Counted from the whole stretch's first letter, positions 44,041 through 53,282 are shown. The stretch is 63,785 nucleotides of DNA, filler included, from 4 parts of 4 records of this genome joined end to end with filler, not necessarily neighbours in it, one strand, 5' to 3'. Made by a program: numbers and translations. Notes: generated by a model not told the origin, from the letters alone.

Positions 44041-44823
44041 ATGGAAAGGCGGGGAATGATGTCACTTACCGAACAGGATGCAGCGGCGGCTATCAAAGCA
44101 CGGATGGTTTCTCTCACCGTGTTGGAATTATTCAGTACTGACTTGGAAGAACTTGACCGTCAACTTCTAGAAAAGGTTGCCCAAGCTCCTAAGTTTTTTC
44201 GCAATGCACCTGTCATGATTGACTTTGGACGACTTGATGAAAAAGTTGACAGCAGTTGGCTTGAAAAAGCCTGTGAGCTGCTGTCTGCCAATAATTTTGT
44301 TCCAGTTGGCATTACAGGTGCAAAAGAATCGTTAGAATTCGCGGCAAGAGCCAAAGATATTGCAGTCTGGCCGCCTGCTGGGACGGCCCGGCCGGATGCC
44401 CCAGTGGAACCACCGCAACCAGAAATAAAAGAAAAGCCTGTACAGAGCCACCAGGAACCACAAGAGGAGGTTGCCCCCCAAGAGGCACCTCATGCTGAAA
44501 CCCTTGTTATTCGGCAGCCAGTTCGCTCTGGACAGAAAATTTATGCCCGTGGAGGTGACCTGATCGTTCTTGCATCGGTCAGCACAGGAGCAGAAATTAT
44601 GGCAGACGGCCATATCCATGTCTACGGAACGCTGCGAGGCCGCGCGTCAGCCGGTGTTCAGGGAAAGGAAAGTGCCAGAGTTTTCTGCAACGATCTCCAG
44701 GCAGATCTTGTTTCAATAGCAGGTTACTATATCATCAACGATGATTTGCCGGTCGATATGCGCAGTACTGCTGTGCAAATATATCTAAAAGGGGATGAGT
44801 TAAAGATAGAGTCTCTAAGATGA
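44041..44823 (+). CDS. minC: septum site-determining protein MinC
   Basis: APKFF.NAPV; PVRSGQKIYA, GAEIMADGHIHVYGTLRGRA. Confidence 0.93.
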   Translation: MERRGMMSLTEQDAAAAIKARMVSLTVLELFSTDLEELDRQLLEKVAQAPKFFRNAPVMIDFGRLDEKVDSSWLEKACELLSANNFVPVGITGAKESLEFAARAKDIAVWPPAGTARPDAPVEPPQPEIKEKPVQSHQEPQEEVAPQEAPHAETLVIRQPVRSGQKIYARGGDLIVLASVSTGAEIMADGHIHVYGTLRGRASAGVQGKESARVFCNDLQADLVSIAGYYIINDDLPVDMRSTAVQIYLKGDELKIESLR

Positions 44824-44908
44824 GACACTTACCAGCCTATATTGATCATAAGACAAGGTGCTTTAACGCACATAAGAAGTAATTAACGTATAACTCGGAG
44901 GATAAACG

Positions 44909-45724
44909 ATGGCAGAAGTTATCGTCATAACATCTGGAAAAGGTGGGGTCGGTAAAACCACGACCAGCGCCGCAATTGGGACAGGCCTCGCCATGCGCGG
45001 GTATAAAACCGTGGTCATCGACTTTGATGTGGGCCTCCGTAACCTTGACTTAATAATGGGCTGCGAACGCAGAGTAGTATATGATTTTGTTAATGTCATT
45101 CGGGATGAGGCTAACCTCAATCAGTCTTTGATCAGAGACAAGCGGGTGGATAATCTCTTTATTCTGCCAGCATCTCAAACCCGTGACAAAGATACACTCG
45201 ATATTGAAGGTGTGGAACGAGTTATCAACCAACTCTCGGAAAGCTTTGATTATATCGTCTGTGATTCCCCCGCCGGTATAGAACGTGGTGCCTTTATGGC
45301 CATGTATTTTGCCGATCAGGCAGTGGTGGTAACGAACCCGGAAGTTTCATCAGTACGCGATTCCGACCGTATACTGGGGTTACTGGCCAGCAAAACCAAA
45401 CGAGCCGAAGAAGAGCGAGAACCGGTGAAGGAGCATTTATTGCTGACTCGCTACGAACCTGCCCGGGTTGAAAAAGGCGAAATGCTCAGCGTTGAAGACG
45501 TCAAGGAAATATTGGCAATTCCACTGTTGGGTGTTATCCCGGAATCAAGGGAAGTGCTGCAAGCCTCAAACGCAGGAAGCCCTATCATACTGGCAGGCGA
45601 GAGTGATGCTGGACAGGCCTACGAGGATGCGGTTAGCAGGTTGTTGGGCGAAGACCTGGTACATCGATTCGTAGAAGTGGAGAAGAAGGGATTTTTCAAT
45701 AAATTTCGACTGTTCAGGAGCTAA
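44909..45724 (+). CDS. minD: septum site-determining ATPase MinD
   Basis: SGKGGVGKTT, DVGLRNLD, DSPAGIE; C-terminal amphipathic helix. Confidence 0.96.
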   Translation: MAEVIVITSGKGGVGKTTTSAAIGTGLAMRGYKTVVIDFDVGLRNLDLIMGCERRVVYDFVNVIRDEANLNQSLIRDKRVDNLFILPASQTRDKDTLDIEGVERVINQLSESFDYIVCDSPAGIERGAFMAMYFADQAVVVTNPEVSSVRDSDRILGLLASKTKRAEEEREPVKEHLLLTRYEPARVEKGEMLSVEDVKEILAIPLLGVIPESREVLQASNAGSPIILAGESDAGQAYEDAVSRLLGEDLVHRFVEVEKKGFFNKFRLFRS

Positions 45725-45727
45725 CGA

Positions 45728-45991
45728 ATGCGTTTTTTAGATTTTTTCCGGAACAATCGGAAGACCACAGCAACCGTTGCCAAGGAACGATTGCAGATTA
45801 TTGTTGCTAGAGAGCGGACAACACGTAACGGTCCTGATTACCTCCCCCTAATGAAGGAGGAACTCCTGTTGGTTGTCAGAAAGTACATCCAGGTTGAGGA
45901 TGGAGCTGTTAAAATCCAGCTGGACAAAGAAGGTGATTGTGAAGTGTTAGAACTCAATATCACCCTGCCAGACACTCCAACGGCCTCTTAA
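45728..45991 (+). CDS. minE: cell division topological specificity factor MinE
   Basis: AKERLQIIVA, LELNITLP. Confidence 0.95.
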   Translation: MRFLDFFRNNRKTTATVAKERLQIIVARERTTRNGPDYLPLMKEELLLVVRKYIQVEDGAVKIQLDKEGDCEVLELNITLPDTPTAS

Positions 45992-46137
45992 ATGTGAAAT
46001 AACGCCGTACTGTAAAAACATAGCAACAAAACCAAAAAACGTCCTTGGTGTAAAGCAAGCGACCAAGACATCTTCCTCTTTTATTGCCCAATCACCTACA
46101 GAAATCTTGGGGTTGGTTACTGCTCGATATACACCAC

Positions 46138-46165
46138 CAATTCTGGTGCATATGCACCAGAATTG
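46138..46165. repeat. perfect 28-bp palindrome, possible enhancer-binding-protein site
   Basis: CAATTCTGGTGCATATGCACCAGAATTG equals its own reverse complement. Confidence 0.85.
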
Positions 46166-46254
46166 TGATCTCCTGTTCTCCCATGCCCCTTCCCTTTTCT
46201 AGAGTCGCAGCGCCACAGGCAAGCCACCGCTGATTTCTTTTTTTAAAGAATCAA

Positions 46255-46270
46255 TGGCACCTCCTTTGCT
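46255..46270 (+). promoter_or_regulatory. sigma-54 (-24/-12) promoter
   Basis: TGGCAC-ctcct-TTGCT, exact TGGCAC-N5-TTGCW consensus. Confidence 0.65.
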
Positions 46271-46419
46271 ATGTTGACCGACAGAATAGGCCCTCAGAAT
46301 CACCAACGATTTCATGCTTCAGCAATTCATCACAAGCACAGGCAACCCAGCCATATCTGAAAATAAACGTATTTCAAATAAGAGGGACGGGGGAAATCAA
46401 TAGCTACCCCTACTTTTTT

Positions 46420-46810
46420 TTGCTTCACCCACCACCCCACTCCTTTCCCATCAAAACAGACAGGTCCCTGCTACTCCGCATTGTCTCCAATATGATATCT
46501 AATACCCTGGAAGCCACCGATGAGTTTGGCGAAATAAGAATTTGGTTGGAAAAGAATGAAAATGAAATATCTTATTGTGTGTGGAACCAGCTTGTAATCC
46601 CAGAAGATATTGCACGTAGAATTTTTCAACGAAACTTCAGCACCAAAGATGGCGCAGGTAGGGGGGACATATTCCATGAAACTTTTTGCTGAGAAATTCC
46701 TTGGCGGGCAAGTACACTTCACAACCTTTAAAGAACAGGGAACGACTTTCAAACTTGTTTTACCCGCCCCTGACAACAACACTTCTACTCCAGAGCCACC
46801 CTTTGAAGGA
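46420..46810 (+). pseudogene. truncated, frameshifted histidine kinase HATPase domain
   Basis: RIVSNMISNTLEA...IFQRNFSTKDGAGRG in one frame continues as GTYSMKLFAEKFLGGQVHF...GTTF in another (shift near 46660-46668). No N-terminal half. Confidence 0.75.
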
Positions 46811-46817
46811 AGAGCAT

Positions 46818-48164
46818 ATGATCACTACACACTTTGACACAATCGTTGTTGGTTCAGGAACTGCAGCCTACTACGCCGTGGACGGCCTTGCGCGTGCGGG
46901 ACAACATGTTGCCATCATTGATGAACGGCCCTTTGGCGGTACCTGTGCTCTTAGAGGCTGTCAGCCGAAAAAATACCTGGTTAGCAATGCAGAAGCGGTT
47001 GCCATGGCAAGCCAACTGGTGGGACAAGGCATAACAGCTCCGCCAAAAACTAACTGGGAATCTCTGCAGAGTTTAAAGAACCAGTTTCTTGAAGGTCGCT
47101 CAGATACCGATGTGCGCCAGTGGCAAAAAAAAGGCGTCACCACCTTTCATGGCAAAGCGGTAATGACCGGAACAGATAGCATCAAGGTCAACGACACTCT
47201 TCTCCACGCAGACCATATAGTTCTTGCAACCGGAGCACTGCCAAGGGACCACTCAATTCCTGGAGCAGAGTATATCCATGATAGTGAATATTTTCTCAAC
47301 CTCCAGCACCTTCCCAAACGAATCGTCTTTATCGGGGGTGGCTATATCTCCTTTGAATTTGCCCACATTGCCATCCGAGCCGGGGCTGAGGAGGTAACCC
47401 TCATGCATCGCTCAGCAACGGCTTTAAAAACCTTTGAACAGGATGCTGTCAAACATTTGATTGAAGCAACCAGGGAAGCAGGCATCAAGGTACTGCTCAA
47501 CCTCACTCCTACGGAAATCACCTCCGCTGGTGATAGCTATATCCTCCACTGTTCGGACAACCATGCCTATGAGACGGAGTGCATCATCGGTGCAACAGGC
47601 AGAATACCCAATGTCGGGGTATTACAGGGTAACCATGGACAGGTTACCCATGGGCCAAACGGAATAAATGTCACGCCATACTTGCAAAGTATTTCAAACC
47701 CAAACGTCTACGCCATCGGTGACTGTGCTGCGACCGGATATATGCTTGCTCCGGTGGCCGACTATGAAGGCCAGGCTGTTGTAGGCAGTATCCTTGGCAC
47801 CAACACCTCCCCCATTGACTATACGGTGGTCCCCAGTGTTGTTTTTACCATTCCTGCTATCGGTTCGGTGGGAGTAACAGAAAAAGAGGCCACAGAACAG
47901 GGGCTGGCATACCGTATCAATCAAGGTACAACAAATAAGTGGCCTTCATCATTGCGTATTGGAGAGCAACATGGATATTATAAAGTCCTTATCGATACAA
48001 CTAGCGATGAGGTTTTGGGGGCACACATTGTCAGACACAATGCCGAAGAAGTTATCAATATTTTTGCCCTGGCAATACAACATCACATTAAAGCACACGA
48101 GCTTGCCGAATTTATGTGGGCTTACCCCACGTACACTTCAGACCTAAAATACATGGTCCGCTAA
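46818..48164 (+). CDS. class I pyridine nucleotide-disulfide oxidoreductase (glutathione-reductase-like)
   Basis: VVGSG, GGTCALRGCQPKK redox disulfide, GGGYISFE, C-terminal YPTYTSD. ATG at 46818 with GAAGGA RBS. Confidence 0.85.
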   Translation: MITTHFDTIVVGSGTAAYYAVDGLARAGQHVAIIDERPFGGTCALRGCQPKKYLVSNAEAVAMASQLVGQGITAPPKTNWESLQSLKNQFLEGRSDTDVRQWQKKGVTTFHGKAVMTGTDSIKVNDTLLHADHIVLATGALPRDHSIPGAEYIHDSEYFLNLQHLPKRIVFIGGGYISFEFAHIAIRAGAEEVTLMHRSATALKTFEQDAVKHLIEATREAGIKVLLNLTPTEITSAGDSYILHCSDNHAYETECIIGATGRIPNVGVLQGNHGQVTHGPNGINVTPYLQSISNPNVYAIGDCAATGYMLAPVADYEGQAVVGSILGTNTSPIDYTVVPSVVFTIPAIGSVGVTEKEATEQGLAYRINQGTTNKWPSSLRIGEQHGYYKVLIDTTSDEVLGAHIVRHNAEEVINIFALAIQHHIKAHELAEFMWAYPTYTSDLKYMVR

Positions 48165-48255
48165 ACTCAGAGGCCACCATGAAAAATCCCCTCTACTGAC
48201 TGCCCTAGCCTCGGACAACCAGTAGTGGGGAATATGGATGCAGCTCAAATAACAC

Positions 48256-49341
48256 TTATTTGAATAAAGCCAAATATTCTCCAAGCCCCTCTTTCTCCAG
48301 GTCTTCAACAGGAACAAATCGCAGAGAAGCAGAGTTAATGCAGTATCGCAGTCCTGTTGGTGCTGGCCCATCCTCAAAAACGTGGCCAAGATGCGAGTCC
48401 GCCTCTTTACTGCGCACTTCGGTACGAACCATAAAAAAGCTGCGATCCTTTTTCTCAGCAACATTTTCCGCAACCAACGGCTTGGTAAAGCTTGGCCATC
48501 CAGTGCCAGACTTAAATTTATCGGTTGAACTAAACAACGGCTCGCCAGAAACGATATCCACATAAAGCCCTGGTTGCTTGTTATCCCAGTACTTATTGTC
48601 AAAAGCAGGCTCTGTGCCGTCTTCCTGGGTCACTTTATATTGCAGCGTGGTTAACCGTTTTTTCAACTCTGCTTGATTGACAGGCTTCATATTATCTTCA
48701 CTCCATATTTTTCCCAAAAAATCATCACGCCCAGAACGGGAACGATAAAATTTATACCTTATAGGATTCTTTTTATAATAATCCTGGTGGTACTCTTCTG
48801 CCCTATAAAATGGGGTAGCTTCCACAATCGGAGTAACAAGGGGCTTACTAAAGAGCCCGCTCTGCCCAAGGTGTTCTTTTGAAGCTTCAGCCAATTGCTT
48901 CTGCTGCTGATCGTAATAATAAATGGCTGTGGTATACCCATGGCCGCGATCCACAAACTGACCGCCAGCATCTGTGGGATCAACCTGACGCCAATAGGTG
49001 TCAAGGAGTTGCTCATAGTCCACCACATCAGGATTATACTTTACCTGAACCACCTCTATATGCCCGTTGCTCATATAATTTTTATAAGTAGGATTGGTAC
49101 TAGAACCGCCTGAATAGCCAGATTCAACGGACAATACACCGGCAAGCTTTTCAAATGGTTTTTCCATGCACCAGAAACATCCCCCGGCAAACATGGCAAT
49201 TCCAACCTGCCCATTGCTGACTGACATAGTGCTCGTATCACTTCCTTCAGCGTAAGTTCCTCTGTTTCCTGTAAAGACAAAAACGCCTGCTGCCAACACG
49301 CAAAAGATAGAGATCAAAGATTGTTTTTTGCTCATTTTCAT
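48256..49341 (-). CDS. msrAB: exported bifunctional methionine sulfoxide reductase MsrA/MsrB
   Basis: Signal peptide; [22 protein letters not shown] (MsrA); [23 protein letters not shown] (MsrB). Confidence 0.94.
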   Translation of the reverse strand: MKMSKKQSLISIFCVLAAGVFVFTGNRGTYAEGSDTSTMSVSNGQVGIAMFAGGCFWCMEKPFEKLAGVLSVESGYSGGSSTNPTYKNYMSNGHIEVVQVKYNPDVVDYEQLLDTYWRQVDPTDAGGQFVDRGHGYTTAIYYYDQQQKQLAEASKEHLGQSGLFSKPLVTPIVEATPFYRAEEYHQDYYKKNPIRYKFYRSRSGRDDFLGKIWSEDNMKPVNQAELKKRLTTLQYKVTQEDGTEPAFDNKYWDNKQPGLYVDIVSGEPLFSSTDKFKSGTGWPSFTKPLVAENVAEKKDRSFFMVRTEVRSKEADSHLGHVFEDGPAPTGLRYCINSASLRFVPVEDLEKEGLGEYLALFK

Positions 49342-49421
49342 ATTTTTCTCCCAACAACTTTGTTATTTTTTTCACATAAAGAGAAATATAAGCTGCCGCA
49401 GCGGGCGACAGGCTCCCTGCG

Positions 49422-49727
49422 TCAAGGAGCAACACCAACGCCCGTCGATAACGTTTTGATATAAGTCCCAGACTCCTGCAAACGTTTTTCAATCTTTTTG
49501 CTGGTAACCAGATCCTCATCATACATTACCCTGTTAACCTCCAGGCTACCCTGCCATCCATTCTTGACATCAACAATCCCTTCCTGCCCTTCCAGGGCAG
49601 CCTTGCCGACATCGTATCAGCCAACAGCAAAGGTCGCGGTCCGCAATGTCTGCCCATGCAGGACAGAGCCAGTTAATATCAAAAACAATAAGGTTGCTCC
49701 AATGATTAGACGACCCAAAATCTGCAT
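49422..49727 (-). CDS. putative exported selenoprotein, minimal MsrA-like domain (Sec37 at UGA 49617-49619)
   Basis: MQILGRLIIGATLLFLILTGSVLHGQTLRTATFAVG-U-YDVGKAALEGQEGIVDVKNGWQGSLEVNRVMYDEDLVTSKKIEKRLQESGTYIKTLSTGVGVAP*. UGA aligns with the Cys of MsrA FAGGC; SECIS-like hairpin downstream. Confidence 0.75.
49584..49600 (-). promoter_or_regulatory. bacterial SECIS-like hairpin
   Basis: mRNA CUGCCCU-GGA-AGGGCAG: 7-bp stem starting 16 nt after the UGA, G-initiated apical loop about 23 nt from the UGA. Confidence 0.65.
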
Positions 49728-49794
49728 ATTCTTTCGCCTGGCTTTTGTGCGGGGAAATCCGCAGCGTCCTTTACCCATCAAGATAAGACAGCTG

Positions 49795-49833
49795 TGTAAA
49801 CCTGCTATAAAGGGAATGTAAAGATTGGTTAAA
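49795..49833 (-). promoter_or_regulatory. four tandem OmpR/PhoB-type boxes, 11-bp period
   Basis: Minus strand reads TTTAAC-caatc-TTTACA-ttccc-TTTATA-gcagg-TTTACA. Confidence 0.65.
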
Positions 49834-49967
49834 GAAAAACTCTTTGCACAAATAACTCGAGGGCGGGCCTCTCTACGATTAGGGCTCAGCCCTTGCAAAC
49901 TGGCATTACTCATCTGGCGGCACGAGCCATTCCCCTGAAAGAATCCGAAAAAGATGGACCAACAGGA

Positions 49968-50187
49968 ACAATGCAGTGATCTCGGACAGCCCAAGAAAGG
50001 AAGGAAACAGTGAAACGGTTTTGATAAAATTGCTTCCGCGAATTACGACCAGCGTATGAAAAAGATAGTCGCATTCAATAATATAGAATTCATTGAGACT
50101 ATCGTTGTCCTCGGAGGAGAAAAACCTCAATCGGTTGGGGACAGAAACGAGATAATGGAACTGGCAGAAGCAGCACCCAGCCTCTAA
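49968..50187 (+). pseudogene. possible decayed flavodoxin-family remnant
   Basis: Fragments AVISDSPRKEGNSETVL and MKKIVAFNNIEFIETIVVLGGEKPQSV in different frames resemble the ends of a flavodoxin-like protein. Confidence 0.3.
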
Positions 50188-50232
50188 ATATTTTTAGAGA
50201 CATTTTAGAAACCACGCAAATCGAGACCACCC

Positions 50233-51300
50233 TCAGACAGTAGGAAGAACAAACCAAACAGTGGTTGCCTCATTATCACTTTCCGCCTTGATGCGACCAC
50301 CCTGAGCCTCAACCAACTGTTTAGCAATGGAAAGCCCAATGCCAAACCCGCCATGTTTTCTAGTACGTGAGCGATCAGTTCGGAAAAATCGCTCAAAGAT
50401 ATAAGGCAAATCGTGCTTAGCCACCCCAGGGCCGGAGTTGGAAAAGGCGATTTTCGTTCCTTCCTCCACGTCGGTCACAGTTACTCTGACCCATCCATTG
50501 CAGGGGGTGTGCGCCCAGCAGTTTTCAACTAGGTTGCGGAGCACCTGCAGCAGTTTGTCACGGTCTGCCAATATGCTTGCCCCTGGCTTGCAGGAAAACG
50601 TGAAATCAATCTCTTTTTCACTGAACCTATGTTCATAAAGCTTAAGCATCTGGACAATTTCTTCATCAAGCTGGATCGCGGTCCGGTGCAGCACCACCTT
50701 TGCAGCGTCTGCTTTTGCAAGCTGCTGCAGACCGTCAACCAGGTGCATAAGGTGCAGACTTTCCTGCTGCAGCATTTGCAAAGTTTCAGGGGCCGGCGGC
50801 AGCACCTGATCATTAAACGCTTCAAAATAACCGCAGAGATTGGTCAATGGTGTCCGCAATTCATGAGCCACATCGGCAACCATATTCTTTCGCAACTGTT
50901 CCACCTGTTCAAGGCTGTCAGCCATACGGTTAAACGCCCTCCCAAGCTCTCCCACCTCATCACCGGTCTCAACCTTCACCCGGGAAGAAAAATCTCCGGC
51001 AGCATATTTTACGGTAATGCTAGTCATGGCCGATAATGGACGCAGGACACGACGAGTAAGAAGAAAACTCAACAGAAAAGCAACCACAAGGGCAACTAGG
51101 CTTGCCCATAGCAAATAATGATGTATGGAACTTAAAAACATGGAATGAATTTCAGTTGGAGAAATGGCATACTTCTCCATCAGGTCCATGAAATACGCAG
51201 CTGCCAATTTATCAATAGCAAGCCAGATCACCAGGATCACGACCACAATCACCGGCACAATATTGGTGAGCAGTAATTTCCAAACCAACTTATTTTTCAT
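50233..51300 (-). CDS. BaeS-like sensor histidine kinase (short periplasmic loop, HAMP, HisKA, HATPase)
   Basis: DVAHELRTPL, NLVEN, FERFFR.D.SR, GFGIGL. ATG at 51300. Confidence 0.9.
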   Translation of the reverse strand: MKNKLVWKLLLTNIVPVIVVVILVIWLAIDKLAAAYFMDLMEKYAISPTEIHSMFLSSIHHYLLWASLVALVVAFLLSFLLTRRVLRPLSAMTSITVKYAAGDFSSRVKVETGDEVGELGRAFNRMADSLEQVEQLRKNMVADVAHELRTPLTNLCGYFEAFNDQVLPPAPETLQMLQQESLHLMHLVDGLQQLAKADAAKVVLHRTAIQLDEEIVQMLKLYEHRFSEKEIDFTFSCKPGASILADRDKLLQVLRNLVENCWAHTPCNGWVRVTVTDVEEGTKIAFSNSGPGVAKHDLPYIFERFFRTDRSRTRKHGGFGIGLSIAKQLVEAQGGRIKAESDNEATTVWFVLPTV

Positions 51301-52015
51301 AACCGACCATTGTCGAGATTTCAGCAAAACGGTACCCAAAGCCTCTAACAGTAAGAATGTATTGCGGCTTACTCGGCTCTTTTTCTATTTTCCGGCGCAG
51401 CTTACCAATATGAACATCAATGACCCTGTCAACAACGATTTCTCCATGATCGTAAAACTCTGCCAGCAACTCGTCCCGTGAATACACCCGACCTGGAGAA
51501 CGTATTAAAATATGGAGGAGCTTATATTCGCTCACTGTCAAATCAATCACTTTCCCTTTTAAGGTGACGCGGTGTTTGTGGTGATTAAAAATAAGGTCGC
51601 CGTGCTGTATTTCCTCCTCTTCACAAATTCGATCAGGAGACACCCTGCGCAAAATTGCCTTGACCCGTTCAACCAGTTCCCTGGGAGAAAAAGGTTTGAC
51701 CACATAGTCATCGGCACCGAGAGAAAGCCCCATCACCCTATCAATTTCTTCTTCTCTTGCGGTCAGCATAAGAATAGGAACATCTGATTTTTTACGAATC
51801 CGGCGACAGATTTCCCAACCATCCACCTTGGGCAGCATTATATCCAGAATAATAAAACTGAGAGGGACCTCTTCAGCCTGCTGCAATGCTTTTTGCCCGT
51901 CAGAGGCAAGCAGGGTTGCAAACCCCTCCCGTTCAAGATATGTTTTTACTAAATGAGCGGTATTAGGATCATCCTCAACAATCAGGATAGGTCTCTTTGA
52001 TTCAGGCAACATCAT
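51290..52015 (-). CDS. OmpR-family response regulator
   Basis: IVEDD, LDIMLP, GADDYVVKPFSPRE, IDVHIGKLRRKIE, TVRGFGY; GGAGG RBS before ATG at 52015. Confidence 0.93.
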   Translation of the reverse strand: MMLPESKRPILIVEDDPNTAHLVKTYLEREGFATLLASDGQKALQQAEEVPLSFIILDIMLPKVDGWEICRRIRKKSDVPILMLTAREEEIDRVMGLSLGADDYVVKPFSPRELVERVKAILRRVSPDRICEEEEIQHGDLIFNHHKHRVTLKGKVIDLTVSEYKLLHILIRSPGRVYSRDELLAEFYDHGEIVVDRVIDVHIGKLRRKIEKEPSKPQYILTVRGFGYRFAEISTMVGYEK

Positions 52016-52108
52016 TGCACCTCCAGGTACACACTCAGAAAAAATCAAACACCTGCTTTGTTGAGATAATAAAGCCAGCCACCAATTATACCTCTTTTTC
52101 AGCACACA

Positions 52109-53110
52109 TTACTTGTCATAGAGACGGTCTAATGGACTTTTTACTCCATCAATATCTTTTCGCATTACATGGGTATATATTTCTGTTGTCTTGACATCAG
52201 CATGTCCGAGAAGTTCCTGCAGTACACGAATGTTGGTTCCGTTTTCAAGTATATGCGTTGCAAAAGAGTGCCGCAGCGTGTGGACTGTAGCCCGTTTGTC
52301 GGTGCCTGATTTTTTAACTGCTGCTTTGACAGCTTTTTGGAGGCCAGACTCCAGAACATGGTGCCGTCGCTCTTTACCGCTGCGAGGATCAATTGAGCGT
52401 GTTTTACTCGGAAAAACGTATTGCCATGAAGCTTCCCTAGCTGCATTTCGATATTTTTTTGCAAGTGCATTCGGCAAATACACTTCTCCAAACCCCTCTC
52501 TCAGATCTCTCCTGTGCAACTCTTTGACCCGTTCAATATGTTGGTGCAACTCGTCTTGTATACTACGCGGCAAAAAGGTGACTCTATCCTTTCCTCCTTT
52601 TCCACCACGGACAAAGAGCTGGCCCTGCCCAAAATCAAGATCTTGAATGCGAAGACGAATGCACTCCATCAGGCGTATACCGGAACCATATATTAACTTA
52701 GCCATTAGGAGGTGGGTCCCCTTCATTTGGGCCAAAACGCCTTGTACCTCTTCTTCTGTCAATACAGTAGGGGGATGCCGCTTACGTTTAGCACGAACCG
52801 GGGCTATGGATTGATCCAAAGGACGCTGCAGAACATCTCGATAGAGGAAAACCAATGCATTTAAGGCTTGTCTTTGGGTTGATGCTGCGACTTTTTTAAC
52901 GGAAGCCAAATGGGATAAAAAAGTTTCAACCTCTCGTTCCCCCATATCTTTGGGATGGCGCTCTTTTTTAAAAAAGTAGATGTATTGCAGTATCCACTGG
53001 CAATATGTTTTTTCTGTTGAGCGAGCGTAATGATAATATCTCAAAGTCTCGCGAACTTGATCCATCAACTTAAGCTGAGGGTCTGGGGTGAACTTTGGCT
53101 TGTTTTCCAT
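52109..53110 (-). CDS. intI: integron integrase
   Basis: STQRQALNALVFLY, YGSGIRLMEC, IntI-specific patch (VYLPNALAKKY...WQYVFPS...DPRSG...RRHH), HTLRHSFATH, LGHADVKTTEIYTH. Confidence 0.95.
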   Translation of the reverse strand: MENKPKFTPDPQLKLMDQVRETLRYYHYARSTEKTYCQWILQYIYFFKKERHPKDMGEREVETFLSHLASVKKVAASTQRQALNALVFLYRDVLQRPLDQSIAPVRAKRKRHPPTVLTEEEVQGVLAQMKGTHLLMAKLIYGSGIRLMECIRLRIQDLDFGQGQLFVRGGKGGKDRVTFLPRSIQDELHQHIERVKELHRRDLREGFGEVYLPNALAKKYRNAAREASWQYVFPSKTRSIDPRSGKERRHHVLESGLQKAVKAAVKKSGTDKRATVHTLRHSFATHILENGTNIRVLQELLGHADVKTTEIYTHVMRKDIDGVKSPLDRLYDK

Positions 53111-53203
53111 AATACCTATGATAATATCAGATTTAATGGAAAAATCGAAATGCAAAATAATAGCTGGACATGGCTTTCCATCTCCAGCTCCTTGATACCT
53201 GAT

Positions 53204-53270
53204 ATCATGGAAAAAATGTCCAGTTATAAGGTAATACTATGGACTTTTTCCATGTATTGCACTGTTAAAT
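53204..53270 (+). mobile_element. attI region; predicted crossover G|TTAAAT at 53264/53265
   Basis: GTTAAAT core is complementary to the ATTTAAC ending cassette 1; preceded by a CATGGAAAAA..GTCCA / TGGAC..TTTTTCCATG inverted repeat. Confidence 0.75.
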
Positions 53271-53282
53271 GCTAAGGAAGCT

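Noticed and set aside
46818-48164. Mercuric reductase MerA call
   Set aside because: No C-terminal Cys-Cys pair, no N-terminal HMA domain and no mer genes nearby.
49342-49424. Read-through of the second TGA fusing the selenoprotein to MsrAB
   Set aside because: msrAB is in a different frame and has its own signal peptide.
49617-49994. 125-aa ORF-track call ending at TGA 49617
   Set aside because: The 5' extension runs over the promoter repeats. ATG 49727 gives a signal peptide and the TGA is better explained as Sec.
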